Position numbers and translations under genes: made by a program. From Centroscyllium fabricii (taxonomy: Eukaryota), in contig JBNRSN020000008.1 of NCBI GenBank assembly GCA_051313645.2, forward strand, positions 82,088,001 to 82,152,000: a stretch of 64,000 nucleotides of DNA. The letters are read 5' to 3'. A model generated the notes under the pieces. The model made no database searches and was not told the DNA's origin. It was given only the letters and a program-made list of their open reading frames with translations. The first letter of the stretch is position 1. Each line of letters begins with the position of its first letter. Below are positions 1-12,520 of the stretch, in pieces.

Positions 1-3000
1 CCTGGTCGGTAAAGAATGTCATACTCGTAAGTCGAGAGTTCGATCCGCCACCGCAGGATCTTATCATTCTTGATCTTACCCTTCTGTTTATTATTAAACA
101 TAAACGCCACCGACCGTTGGTCGGTGAGAACGGTAAAATGCTTACCGGCCAGGTAATGACGCCAGTAGCGCACGGCCTCCACGATGGCCTGGGCCTCCTT
201 TTCCACTGCTGAGTGGCGAGTTTCGGGTCCCTGTAGGGTGCGGGAGAAAAACGCTACGGGCCTGCCTGCCTGATTCAGGGTGGCAGCAAGGGCGAAGTCC
301 GAAGCGTCGCTCTCCACCTGGAAGGGAATGGATTCATCAACAGCGAGCATGGTCGCCTTGATGATGTCTTCCTTTATCCGGGCGAATGCCGTTTGGGCTT
401 CTACCGAAAGGGGGAAAACGGCAGCCTTGAGGAGTGGTCTAGCCTTGTCCGTGAACTGTGGGACCCATTGTGCGTAATAGGAGAAAAATCCTAGGCATCT
501 CCTCAAGGCTTTAGGTTTGTGAGGTAGGGGCAGTTCTTGAAGGGGTTGCATACGCTGTGGGTCGGGGCCGAGGACCCCGTTCTCCTCCACGTATCCGAGG
601 ATGGCGAGCCGGTCTGTATTAAATACGCTTTTGTCTTTGTTATACGTGAGGTCCAGCTTATCCGCCGTGTCGAGAAATTTGGCCAGATTGGCATCGTGGT
701 CCTGCTGGTCGTGGCCGCAGATGGTCACGTCCAGGTAGGGGAAGGTGGCCTGCAACTTGTTCTGGTCAACCATGCGGTCCATCTCCCGCTGGAACACTGA
801 CACTCCGTTGGTCACGCCGAAGGGGACCCGGAGGAAGTGGTAGAGCCGACCGTTCGCCTCGAAGGCGGTGTAGGGGCGGTCGGCTTTCCGGATCGGGAGT
901 TGGTGATACGCTGACTTACGGTCGATCGTGGAGAACACCTTATACTGGGCGATCTGATTGACCATTTCCAAGATGCAGGGGAGGGGGTAGGCGACGAGCC
1001 CGGTGTAGCGGTTGATGGTCTGGCTGTAATCGATCACCAGCCGTTGTTTCTCGCCAGACTTTACCACTACAACCTGGGCGCGCCAGGGGCTGGTGCTGGC
1101 TTCAATTATCCCCTCCTTCAGCATACGCCCGACCTCCGACCTGATAAACGTGCGATCCCCCACACTGTACCGCCGACTCTTGGTAGCAATAGGTTTGCAC
1201 TTGGGGTCGAGGTTGGCGAGCAGTGAGGGGGGGTCGATTTTCAGGGTGGAGAGGCCGCAGGCCGGGCTCCGCTTTGGGAAGGGACTGTCCCGGCTACTGA
1301 CGGTGAGGGGGGGCAAGGTCCTGCCGAACTCCATTGTCACGCTCTTGAGGTGGCACTGGAAATCCAGACCTAGTAAGGCTGGGGCACACAACTGCTGGAG
1401 GGTGTACAATTTAAAATTACGGTACACGCACCCCTTGACTGTGAGCGTGACGGAGCAGTAGCCGGTGACGTCCGCGGTGTGGGACTTTGAAGCAAGGGAG
1501 ACTTGGTAGTTTGTGGGCATGATCTGCAGTCCGCAGCGCTGCACTGTATCAGGGTGCACAAAGCTCTCCGTGCTTCCAGTGTCAAATAGGCAATTAGTAG
1601 TATGGCCGTTTATTTTGATGGGCATTATTGAGTTAGACAGGGTGTGTGGCCTGTCCTGGTCCACTATGGGTATGGCTGAAGCCGACGTGTGCTTTTGTGT
1701 GTGTGTGTCCCCTGCTGGTTGGGGCTGCACACAAAATGGCGGCGCCCCTGGCTCGCACATGGTGGGGCCCTGGAGACAAAATGGCGGCGCCCCTGGCTCG
1801 CACATGGTGGGGCCCTGGAGACAAAATGGCGGCGCCGAGGGGTCGCACATGGCGGGCCGCTGGGGACCAGATGGCGGCACTGGGGGGTCGCACATGGTGG
1901 GCCGCTGGGGGTGAGATGGCGGCGCCCGTGGTTCGCACGCGGCTGACCGCTGTGAGCGCGCTGGCGGCGCCAGTGGTTCGCACGCAGCGGACTGCGGTGA
2001 CTGGGTTGGCGCCGCCCGTGGTTCGCACGCAGCGGGCCGCGGTGGCTGGGTTGGCGGTGCCCGTGGTTCGCACGCAGCGAGCCGCGGTGGTCGGGTTGGC
2101 GGTGCCCGTGATTTGCACGCAGCCGGCTGCATTGGGTCTGCTGCTGGCGTTGGGGGGTCGCGCTTGGCCAGCCTTTGCCGCCTCGGGGTGGGAGATGGGG
2201 GCGCTTTCCTTCTACCCCCGGACCGTCGCTGGATCGCGCTGCTATTGCAGCTTACCTGAGGTCTGTCGGAGCTTTCACAGGCTGCGCTGTTGTACCTGGA
2301 GTTGGGCGCTGTTGGTGCTGATCTGCAAGCCTTTGCGTAATGTCCCTTCTTGGCGCACCTCTCACAGGTCGCGGTCCTTGCTGGGCATCTCACTCTCGGG
2401 TGCAGTCCCTGGCTGCAGAAGTAGCAGCGTTTGTCTTTTGTGGCTGTCGCAGCCATCGTGGGGGTCTCGACCCGTTGTGGTGCTGCCCAGGCCTGGGTCC
2501 GTTGTGGCGCGGCCCACATGTCGTAGACCTGCAGGTTTGTGCCGCTGTACGCTTGTAGTTTGTTGCGTGCTCCTTCCACGGAGTTAGCTGTAGCAATCGC
2601 ATCTTCGAGAGACAAAGTGTCTTTTTCGAGCAGCCGCTGGCGGGCTTCCACGCACCTTAGGCCAGTTACATACGCGTCTCGGACGAGGAGGTTCGCCTCC
2701 TCTCCTGCTGTCTGGGCTTGGCAGCCACAGACCCGTACCAGGGCCTGGCGCGCTTGCTCAAATTGTTCATTAGTCTCACCCGGTAGTTGTGGTCTGGTCG
2801 CGAGCACATGTCTGGCGTAGACCGAATGGACCGGACGCTTGTAGCATTTCCTCAGCTTTTCCACTGCCCCTGGGTAGGGTTTGGCGTCTCGGATGAGGGA
2901 GAATACTCAGCTGGAGATCCTGGACAGGAGAACCTGTAGCTTGTTCCCTTCGGTTGTAGCCTTGGCGGCGTCCATGTAGGCCTCCAGGAGACCGAACCAG

Positions 3001-3382
3001 TGTTCGAACGTGGTGGCGGCGGCAGGGTCTTGTGGACTGATATCCAGCTTTTCTGGCTTTACTGCGCCGCTCTCCATTTTAAAAACTTTAAGTGATTAAA
3101 ATTGACGTATCGTCAATATCTCAGAGTAAAAGACTCAACGAGTAGTTACCGTAACTATAGGCTTTTAATCACTTACTTAGGAGCTACCCTCCGAACGAAC
3201 ATCTGAGCAGGAATGAGGGAGCCTCAGTCAGTCTCCACCTATAAAGGCCTCACCTGGGGGAGGAGTTAGAGGTGTGGCTGACCTGGCTCCCGACAGTGTT
3301 ACAGGGCTGTGTATCACACATACACAGCCAATTATTGGCAACAAGAATACAGTGGTACAACATAACATTATGGGTTACCACA
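1..3382 (-). mobile_element. Ty3/Gypsy LTR retrotransposon, family B copy B0 (5' part; runs off the window start), disrupted gag-pol
   Basis: Minus-strand gag start ATG at 3077 (MESGAVKPEKLDISPQDP), then protease, RT and RNase H segments homologous to the elements at 27366 and 43099; stops and frameshifts present. Confidence 0.93.
3103..3382 (-). repeat. 5' LTR of element B0 (280 bp)
   Basis: Reads TGTGGTAACC...GATACGTCA on the minus strand like other B LTRs; poly(A) hexamer is the ATTAAA variant. Confidence 0.9.
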
Positions 3383-3400
3383 CCCCCTCCTGACTTCTCC

Positions 3401-3437
3401 AGTTCTGAAGAAAGGTCATCGACCTGAAATGTTAACT
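3401..3437 (+). ncRNA. Minimal type I hammerhead ribozyme motif in a Penelope-like remnant (about 3385-3525)
   Basis: AGTT-CTGAAGA-a-AGGTC atc GACCT-GAAA-TGTT-AACT: stem I AGTT/AACT, both core boxes, 5-bp stem II; stem III palindrome appears decayed from AACGTT. Confidence 0.7.
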
Positions 3438-3603
3438 CTGTTTCTCTCTCCACCGATGCTGCCTGGCCTGCTGAGTTTCTCCAGCGTTTTCTGTTGTTAT
3501 TTTGGATTTCCAGCATCCACAGTATTTTGCTATGGCCCTGGAAGAATGTTATATGTTTCAATGAGATCACCTCTCATTCTTCTAAATATATATATATAGG
3601 CCT

Positions 3604-3820
3604 TGTGGTAATATTGAACAGACTTCCAGGGGAAGGCTAAGGGGTGAACTCTGTACATGTCACTTCCTGTTTTCTGTTAGTATAAATACTGGAACTGCTC
3701 AGTATGGGGGAACGCTTCACCTGGAAGCATGGTAAAACCTGTCTTTTTTACATAGTGATAATGTAGTGGATTAAAGCTTTGCCTTAAGTTATTGATGTGT
3801 CAGACTCCATTATTACATCA
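3604..3820 (+). mobile_element. Solo LTR (217 bp) with 5-bp TSD GGCCT
   Basis: TGTGGTAAT...TTACATCA termini; GGCCT at 3599-3603 and 3821-3825; TATAAATA near 3681 and ATTAAA near 3770. Confidence 0.85.
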
Positions 3821-4189
3821 GGCCTAGTCTACTCAATCTCTTCTCCTAGGACAATACCCCCATCCAAACAACCAATCTGGTGAACCTTTATTGCTCTCCC
3901 TCTATGGCAAGTATATCCTTCCTTAGCTAAGGAGTCCAAAACTGTACATACTGCTCCAGGTGTGGTCTTACCAGGGCCCTATATAATTGCAGTGAGATGC
4001 CACTTGCTAGTCAGAGCAGAAATAGAAGAATATTTCAAATGAATATGTGGCTAGAGGAATGGTGCAAGGAGGAGGGATTCAAATTCCTGGGACATTGGAA
4101 CTGGTTCTGGAGGAGGTGGGACCAGTGCAAAACGGACAGTCTGCACCTGGGCAGGGCCGAGACGGAGGTCCAAGGGAGAGTGTTTGCTA

Positions 4190-4545
4190 GGAACAACTCC
4201 AAGACCTGCACTGCGACGGTCGACTCGGCAGACCAGACCACCAGAAAGACTTAATCTTTGAGAATATCATTTGAAAGATTGTTCACCCCCGCCTTCATTT
4301 TTTAAACAGGGGGGTGAATGTGGTAAACCACTGTATATATTGTATATATGTCTCCCCCTTGGGTCCCCTCCCTGTAACGCCTCCTTGCCAGGGAGGACTC
4401 ACCTGGGAGGACTCTGCTCCTCGGCTTCCTCCCCAGGCTCCGCCCACTGGGTATGAAAGTGCCAGCACTCCTGAGTGCTCTGACTTCGGCTTGGAAGATC
4501 ATCGGACCTGTGTCCACTTCTATGTTAATAAAAGCCTCGATTACA
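4190..4545 (+). mobile_element. 3' end of a related Gypsy element (family C): integrase tail, PPT and truncated 3' LTR starting at 4319
   Basis: Encodes ...PRPALRRSTRQTRPPERLNL* like the A-family C-terminus; PPT AAACAGGGGGGTGAA then TGTGGTAAAC. Confidence 0.85.
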
Positions 4546-5476
4546 GCTTTTCCTGCCTCTCCCTTGAGCTGGCCATCTCCGCTGGAAAGTCAACCTCTTC
4601 CTCCATGGCTGACCCTCTCCTCTTTCCTTTGGCACCTCTGGAGCTGCTGGCGGTGGTGATGGTGGAGCTTGGGGTGATGGCGAGCGGTGGCGTGGTCACA
4701 GTTGCTTCCTGCTGGTCCACGTCATGGTCCTTGTACTCAGGATCTCCTAGAGCCGGCAGGGTGGTAGCAGCCTTGAGGCTCTGCACGTTCCTCCTCATGA
4801 CCTGGCTGATGTGCGGTATGAGGAACTGGAAGCGGTTCCAGATCCACTGCTGCCTCTCCGTTAACTCCTTGGCTGCCTGGCCACTCTTGTTCCGCCTCAT
4901 CTTGCCCATCTGTGTCCTGATGCTGTCAAAGAAGGTGGTCAGGGCCTTGACCTGCTTGCCCAGCCTCTTGGCCAGGTCCTCCCACGCCCTGTTCTTCCTG
5001 TCGGCGAAGCAGTGGTCCGCACGCCTCTTATTGAAGATGAAGTCATTGTCTTCGAGGAAAAGGGCCACCTAGAATAAAATTAATATAGTTGTATACAAAA
5101 TCAAATTGACGATAGTGATTATTAATAAAGGAATATCACATATAAATATAACAGTTACCTCCTCTTGTTCTCCGTCACTTAGTTGTGACAGGAGCCTCGC
5201 CTTCTTTGGCTTGGACCCCTGGGACCCCGGGGATGGAGTAGCTTCCCCGTCGGCAGCATCGTCGGGCTCCTGGTCGACCACGTGCGGCTGGTCTTCCTCC
5301 TCCTGAGGACGCTCTTCCTCTGTCGAGGGAAGATCTGGGTCGGCTCCATGTGCTGGAGGGATGTGTTGAGGTACAGCTGTTGGTTCCCTCGGGCTGTCCT
5401 CTCTCAGGTCTTGGGCGTGCTTGGTGGCTTTGCCGCGTCCCTTGCCCTTGCTGGAAGGCCCTGCTTTTCGTTTCAT
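4546..5476 (-). CDS. MADF/Myb-SANT-like DNA-binding protein of the Harbinger element; 2 exons (intron 5069-5158), 3'-truncated
   Basis: ATG at 5476 (MKRKAG...); 90-bp GT-AG phase-0 intron joins ...DGEQEE|VALFLEDNDFIFNKRRADHCFADRKNRAWEDLAKRLG...LTERQQWIWNRFQFLIPHI; no stops in the exons. Confidence 0.75.
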
Positions 5477-5984
5477 CCTTGAAGATGTGCACTGTAGCAC
5501 TCAGTGAACTCTGACCTGATCAGTTTGGCGCCTCCTCTCGAACCTGATTCGTGGCTGATTCCTGACCGATTCGTACTTGATTCGTAATACATTCTGGACA
5601 TTCGTGCCTGTTTGGTGATGTATTCGGCGTGGGTCCACAAATTTGAGGGAGTCACGAATGCCCAAGAATAGGTCCAGAATGCAGAAGAAGCGATTACGAA
5701 GCGGTTACGGACGATAAGAAAGGTTCACGAAGTGTTTACGATGCATGTACGAATTTGAAATTCGTGAACCCTCCCACGAAAGTTTTTGACAAGCCAAAAC
5801 ATTCGTGCCGGATCGACGAACTCACGCGAACTCACGCGAACTGTACGAATGTTTAGGAATCAACTAAGAATCAACAAAGAATCATTTAAGAACTGCAAGA
5901 AACGTTTCAGAATTATCTACGAACCGGACAAATTTCAGATTCGGGACGATTCGGGATATTCGTAGCCTCAGTGAAAGCGGGGCT
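4546..5984 (-). mobile_element. PIF/Harbinger DNA transposon, one end only
   Basis: Minus strand starts AGCCCCGCTTTCACTGAG (Harbinger-like terminus); dense subterminal ACGAA/TTCGT motifs at about 5520-5965; carries a MADF-type gene. Confidence 0.7.
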
Positions 5985-6234
5985 TATATATGTCTCCCCC
6001 TTGTGTCCCCTCCCTGTAACTGTACTGTAATGCCTCCTTGCCAGGGAGGACTCACCTGGGAGGACTCCGCTCCTCGGCTTCCTCCCCAGGCTCCGCCCAC
6101 TGGGTATAAAAGTGCCAGCACACCTGAGTGCTCTCACTTCGGCTTGGAAGATCATCGGACCTGTGTTCACTTCTATGTTAATAAAAGCCTCGATTACATC
6201 TGACCATCGACTGGTAGTAATTGATTGTGCATCA
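5985..6234 (+). repeat. Second, 5'-truncated family C LTR
   Basis: Near-duplicate of about 4343-4545, continuing to the terminus ...GTGCATCA; CR1 sequence resumes at 6235. Confidence 0.85.
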
Positions 6235-7477
6235 CTGGGGGAGGGTTTAAACTAAAATGGTAGGGGGTTAGGAACCTGAGTGGGAGAAATCAAGGGTTTA
6301 AATCAAAAATGGCCGCAACAAATAATAATTCTAAAAGATTTAAGAGCGTCAAAAAACAAGCCTGAAGGCTTTGTGTCTTAATGCAAGGAGCATTCGGAAC
6401 AAGGTGGATGAATTAGCTGTGCAAATAGAGGTAAACAAATATGATTTGATTGTGATTACAGAAACATGGCTCCAGGGTGGCCAAGACTGGGAACTCAACA
6501 TCCAGGGGTATTCAACATTTAGGAAGGATAGGCAAAAAGAAAGGGAGGTGGGATAGCACTGATGGTGAAAGAGGGGATTTTAATTTTAATTTTAATCCAT
6601 TGATGGGATGTGGGCGTCGCTGGCTGGCTAGGCCTGCATTTAGTGCCCATCCCTAATTGCCCTTGAGAAGATGGTGGTGAGCCGCCTTCTTGAACCGCTG
6701 CAGTCCATATGGTGTAGGTACACCCACAATGTTGTTCGGAAGGGAGTTCCAGGATTTTGGCCCAGCGACAGTGAAGGAGCGTCGATACAGGTCCAAGTCA
6801 GGATGGTGTGTGGTTTGGAGGGGAACTTGTAGGTGGTGCTGTTCCCATGCGTCTGCTGCCCTTGTCCTTCTAAGTGGTAGAGATCGCGGGTTTGGAAGGT
6901 GCTGTTGGAGGAGCTTTGGCGAGTTGCTGCAGTGCATCTTGCAGATGGTACACACTGCGCCGGTGGTGGAGGGAGTGAATGTTGAAGGTGGTGGATGGAG
7001 TGCCAATCAAGCGGCCTACTTTATCCTGAATGGTGTCGAGCTTCTTGAGTGTTGTTGGAGCTGCACTCATCCAGGCAAGTGGAAAGTATTCCATCACACT
7101 CCTGACTTGTGCCTTGTAGATGGTGGAAAGGCTTTGGGGAGTCAGGAGGTGAGACACTCGCCGCAGAATTCCCAGCCGCTGGCCTGCTCTTGTAGCCACA
7201 GTATTTATATGGCTGGTCCAGTTCAGTTTCCGATCAATGGTAACCCCCAGGATGTTGATAGAGGGTGATTCAGTGATGATAATGCCATTGAATGTCAAGG
7301 GGAGATGGTTAGAGTCTCGCTTGTTGGAGATGGTCATTGCCTGACACTTGTGTGGTGCGAATGTTACTTGCCACTTGTCAGCCCAAGTCTGAATGTTGTC
7401 CAGGTCTTGCTGCATATGGACACGGACTGCGTCAGTATCTGACGAGTCTCGAATGGTGCTGAACAGTGTGCAATCAT

Positions 7478-7569
7478 CAATTCAATTCAATTCAATTCAA
7501 GTTTTATTGTCATTGCAGAGTACTAGTACAATACAACGAGACGAAGACTCGACTCTCCCGAGAGTAGTG
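7478..7569 (-). mobile_element. Very short 3' stub of a Rex1/Babar LINE with (TTGAA)n tail
   Basis: Nearly identical to about 61912-61995; short CATCA-like duplication at the flanks. Confidence 0.75.
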
Positions 7570-7598
7570 CATCAGCGAACATCCCCACTTCTGACCTT

Positions 7599-7963
7599 AT
7601 AGAAACTAGGAGCAGGAGTAGGCCATTCGGCCCTTCGAGCCTGCTCCGCCATTCAATGAGATCATGGCTGATCATCCAAACCCAGCACCCCACCCCTACC
7701 CTCTCCCCATATCCCTATCGAGCCTGCATCAACACATCCCCGTAACCCCACATATTCAATCCCCCTAACACTAAGGGTCAATTTATCATGGCCAATCAAC
7801 CTAACCCGCACATCTTTGGACTGTGGGTGGAAACCAGAGCACCCGGAGGAAACCCACGCAGACACGGGGAGAATGTGCAAACTCCACACAGATAGTACCC
7901 GAGGCTGGATTTGAACCCGGGTCTCCAGTGCTGTGAGACAACAGTGCTAACCACGTGCCACCC
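7599..7963 (-). mobile_element. V-SINE (HE1-like)
   Basis: tRNA-like head, V domain GTGTGGAGTTTGCACATTCTCCCCGTGTCTGCGTGGGTTTCC and CR1-derived tail on the minus strand. Confidence 0.85.
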
Positions 7964-10900
7964 ATTCATGATGGAGGGAAGGTCATTGATGAAACAGCTG
8001 AAGTTGGTTGGGCATAGGACAATGCCCTGAGGAACTCCTGCAGTGATGTCCTGTGGTTGAGATGAATGACCTCCAACAACCACAGCCAACTTCCTTTGTG
8101 CTAGGTATGATTCCAACCAATGGAGAGTTTTCCCCTTGATTCCCATTGACTTCATCTTTGCCAGGGCTCCTTGGTGCCACACTCGATCAAATGCTGCCTT
8201 GATGTCAAGGGCAGTCATTCTCACCTCACCTCTTGAGTTCAGTTCTTTTGCCCATGTTTGGACCAAGGCTGTAATGAGGTCAGGAGCTGAGTGGCCCTGG
8301 CGGAACCCAAACTGGGCGTCAGTTAGCAGGTTATTGCTGAGCAAGTGGCGCTTGATAGCACTGTCGACGATACCTTCCATCACTTTGCTGATGATTGAGA
8401 GTGGACTGATGGGATGGTAATTGGCCGGGTCGGATTTGTCCTGCTTTTTGTAGACAGGACATACTTGGGCAATTTTCCACATTGTTGGGTAGATGCCAGT
8501 GTTGTAGCTGTACTGGAACAGCTTGGCTAGGGGCGCAGCTAGTTCTGGAGCACAAGTCTTCAGTACTATTGCCGGAATGTTTTCAGGGCCCATAGCCTTT
8601 GCAGTATCCAGTGTCTTCAGTCGTTTCTTGACATCACGTGGAGTGAATTGAATGGGCTGAAGACTGGCATCTGTGATGATGGGGACCTCAGGAGGAGGCC
8701 GAGATGGATCATCCACTCGGCATTTCTGGCTGAAGATAGTTGCAAATGCTTCAGCCTTGTCTTTTGCACTCACGTGCTGGGCTCCACCATCATTGAGGAT
8801 GGGGATATTTTTGGAGCCTCCTTTTCCTGTTAACTGTTTAATTGTCCACCACCACTCACGACTGGATGTGGCAGGACTGCAGAGCTTTGATTTGATCCGA
8901 TGGTTGTGAGATCGCTTAGCTCTGTCTATCGCATGTTCTTTCTGTTGTTTGGGATGCAAGTAGTCCTGTGTTGTAGCCTCACCAGGTTGACACCTCATTT
9001 TTCGGTATGCCTGGTGCTGTTCCCGGCATGCTCTCCTGCACTCTTCGTTAAACCAGGGTTGATCTCCCGGCTTGATGGTAATGGTAGAGTGAGGGATATG
9101 CCGGGCCATGAGGTTACAGATTGTGGAACACAATTGAAAGGAAGGATATTAACTCTGATGATGCGGAATCTGTATGGATAGAACTAAGAAATATGAAGGG
9201 GCAGAAAACGTTAGTGGGAGTGGTATATAGACCTCCAAACAGTAATACGGAGTTTGGGGACGGCATTAAAAGGGAAATTAGAGAAACATGCAGTAAGGGC
9301 ACAGCAGTCATCATGGGTGATTTTAATTTACAAATAGATTGGGCTAACCAAATTAGTAAAAATACTGTGGAGGAGGAATTCCTAGAATGTTTACGGGATG
9401 GTTTTCTGGAACAATATGTCGAGGAACCAACCAGAGATCAGGCCATCTTAGATTGGGTATTAAGTAATGAGAGCGGATTAATTAGCAATCTTGTATGAGG
9501 CCCCTTGGGTCAGAGTGATCAGAATATGATAGAATTCTTCATTAGGATGGAGAGTGAAGCAGTTGACTCAGACTAGTGTCCTGAATTTAAATAAAGGAAA
9601 CTACGATGGTATGAGGCGCAAATTGGGTAGGATTAATTGGTGAATGTCACTCAAAGGGTTGACGGTGGATAGGCAATGGCAAACATTCAAAGACCGCATG
9701 GATGAACTACAGAATTTGTTCATCCCAGTATGGCATAAGAATAAAACAGAGAGGCTGATTCAACCATGGCTAACAAGGGAAATTAGGGAAAGCATAAGAT
9801 CCAAGGAGAGGGCATATAAACTAGCCAAAAAAAGCGGTAACCCTGAGGATTGGGAGCAGATTAGGATTCAACAAAGGAGGACAAAGGGATTAATTAAGAA
9901 GGGGAAAATAGAATATGAAAGTAAGCCTGCAGCGAACATAAAAACTGACTAAGAGCTTTTATAGATATGTTGAGAGAAAAAGATTAGCGAAATCAAGTGT
10001 AGGTCCCTTGCAGTCAGAAGCAGGGGAAGTTATAATGGGGAACAAAGAAATGGCAGACCAGTTAAATGCATATTTTGGTTCTGTCTTCACAAAGGAGGAC
10101 ACAAATAACCTCCCAGAGATGTTGGAGAGCATAGCGTCTGATGAAAGGGAGGAACTGAAAGAAATCAGTATTTGTAGGGAAATGGTGTTAAGGAAATTGA
10201 TGGGATTGAAGGCCGATAAATCACCAGGGCCTGATAATCGACAACCTAGGGTACTTAAGGAAGTGGCCCTAGAAATAGTAGATGCATTGCTGATCTTCTT
10301 CCAACATTCACTGGAATCTGGAACTGTACCCATGGATTGGAGGGTAGCTAACATTACCCCAACTATTCAAAAAGGGTGGTAGAGAGAAAGTGGGGAATTA
10401 CAGACTGGTAAGCCTGACATCGGTAGTGGGGAAAATGCTAGAGTCCATTATAAAGGATGTAATAGCTGAGCACTTGGAAAACAGTGACAGGATCGGACAG
10501 AGTCAACATGGATTTACAAAAGGTAAATCGTGCTTGACTAATCTGCTGGAGTTTTTTGAGAATGTAACTGGGAAAATAGACAAAGGAGAACCAGTGGATG
10601 TGGTGTATTTGGACTTTCAAAAGGCTTTCGATAAGGTCCAGCATAAAAGATTAGCGTATAAAGTTAAGGCACATGGGATTGGGGGCAAGGTATTGACTTG
10701 GATAGAGAACTGGTTGGCGGACAGAAAGCAGAGAGTAGTGATTAACGGGTCTTTTTCCAAGTGGCAGGCAGTGACTAGTGGGGTACCGCAGGGATCGGTC
10801 CTTGGACCCCAGCTATTCACAATATACATTAATGATCTAGATAAGGGAACTAGATGTAATATCTCCAAGTTTGCAGAGGACACAAAGCTGAGTGGGCGTG

Positions 10901-12520
10901 TGTGCTGCGAGGAGGATACCGAGAAACTCCAGGATGATTTGGACACGAGTGACTGGGCAGAAGCGTGGGAGATGCAATATAACCTGGATAAATGCAAAGT
11001 TATCCACTTAGGTGTCAAAAACAGAAAGGCAGACTATTATCTGAATGGCAGTAGTTTGGGAGAAGGGGAAGTGCAACGAGACCTGGGTGTCCTTGTGCAC
11101 CAGTCGCTGAAGGTAAGCATTCAGGTGCTGCAGGTGTTGAAGAAGGCAAATGGTATGTTGGCCTTCGTAGTGAGAGGGTTTGAGTACAGGAACAAGGATG
11201 TCTTGCTGCAGTTGTACAGGTCCTTGGTGAGACCACGTCGAGTATTGTGTACAGTTTTGGTTGCCTTATCTAAGGAAGGATGTTCTTGCCATGGAAGAAG
11301 TACAGCGAAGATTCACCAGGCTGATACCTGGGATGGCAGGAATGACCTATGAAGAGAGATTGGGTCGCTTGGGCTTGTACTTGCTGGAGTTCAGAAGAAT
11401 GAGAGGGGATCTAATTGAATCTTATAAAATTCTAGCAGAAATAGACAGACTAGATGCAGGAAGAATGTTCCGGATGGCGGGGGGAGTCCAGAACCAGCGG
11501 CCACAGTCTAAGGATAAGGGGTAAGCCACTTACGACAGAGATGAGGAGGAATTTCTTCACCCAGAGAGTGGTGAACCTGTGGAATTCTTTACCACAGAAG
11601 GCAGTAGATGCCAATTCATTTAAAATATTCAAGAAGGAGTTGGATATATTTCTTAAGGCTAAAGGGATCAAGGGATATGGGGAGAAAGCGGGGACAGGGT
11701 GCTGAATTTGGATGATCAGCCATGATCTCATTGAATGACGGAGCAGGCTTGAGGGGCCGAATGGCCTACTCCTCCTATCTTCTATGTTTCTGTGTTTACT
11801 CTTGTACTCAAATCCTCTTGTAATAAAGGCCAACATACCATTTGCTTTCCTAATTGCTTGCTGTACCTGCATGTTAACTTTCAGTGATTTGTGTACAAGG
11901 GCACCCAGTTCCCTCTGAATGCCAACATTTCCCAATCTCTCTCCATTTAAATACTCCTGTTTTCTATTTTTCCTACCAAAGTGGATAACTTCACATTATA
12001 TTCCATTTGCCATGTTCTTGCCCACTCACTTACCCTGTCTATATCCCATTGAAGCCTCCTTGCATCCTCCTCACAACTTACATTCCCACCCTGCTTTGTA
12101 CCTCAGCAAACTTGGATATATTACATTTGGTCCCCTCATCCAAATCATTGATGTAGATTGTGAATAGCTGTGGTCGAAGCACTGATCATTGTGGTACCCC
12201 ACAAGTTATAGCCTGCCAACCCGAAAATGTCCTGTTTATTCCTATTCTGTTTTCTGTCCGTTAACCAATCCTCAATCCATGCTAGTATATTGCTCCCAAT
12301 CCCATGAGCCCTAATTTTGTTTAATAACCTCGTGTGTAACACCTTATTGAATGCCTTCTGAAAATTCAAATACACCACATCCACTGGTTCCCCCTTATCT
12401 ATTCTACTAGTTACAACCTCAAAAATTCTAACAAATTTGTCAAACACGATTTCCATTTCATAAATCCGTGTTGACTCTGCCCAATCCTATTATTTCTTCC
12501 CTGTTACCACATCCTTTATA

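Larger units (their letters stand above)
6578..9126 (-). mobile_element. 5'-truncated CR1/L2-group LINE (second family) inserted in the CR1 endonuclease
   Basis: ORFs 7796-9133 and 6870-7415 carry RT motifs (QFGFRQGHS, ALDIKAAFDRVWH, GVPQG, WADKWQVTF); (TTAAAA)n-like tail at about 6578-6596. Confidence 0.88.
3998..11795 (+). mobile_element. CR1 LINE, decayed and interrupted (ORF1 esterase end 3998-4190; ORF2 endonuclease 6371-6577; ORF2 continuation and 3' end 9127-11795)
   Basis: ORF1 SGNH-like NMWLEEWCKEEGFKFLGHW...DSLHL; APE motifs CLNARSIRNK, ITETWL, GVVYRPP, MGDFN; RT YLDFQKAFDKV, SGVPQGSVLGP; 3' end GGGCCGAATGGCCTACTCC plus TTCTATGT tail. Confidence 0.9.

Noticed and set aside
1730-2130. 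Regularly spaced repeats resembling a CRISPR array
   Set aside because: Tandem in-frame coding units without unique spacers, in vertebrate DNA with no cas genes.
1646-2587. 313-aa repetitive ORF and many similar overlapping ORFs within the LTR elements
   Set aside because: Antisense or off-frame shadows of GC-rich gag-pol sequence; no independent domain, and the frames are not conserved between copies.
11450-11935. 161-aa minus-strand ORF, and the similar 42782-43216 ORF
   Set aside because: Chance read-through across junctions of unrelated repeats.
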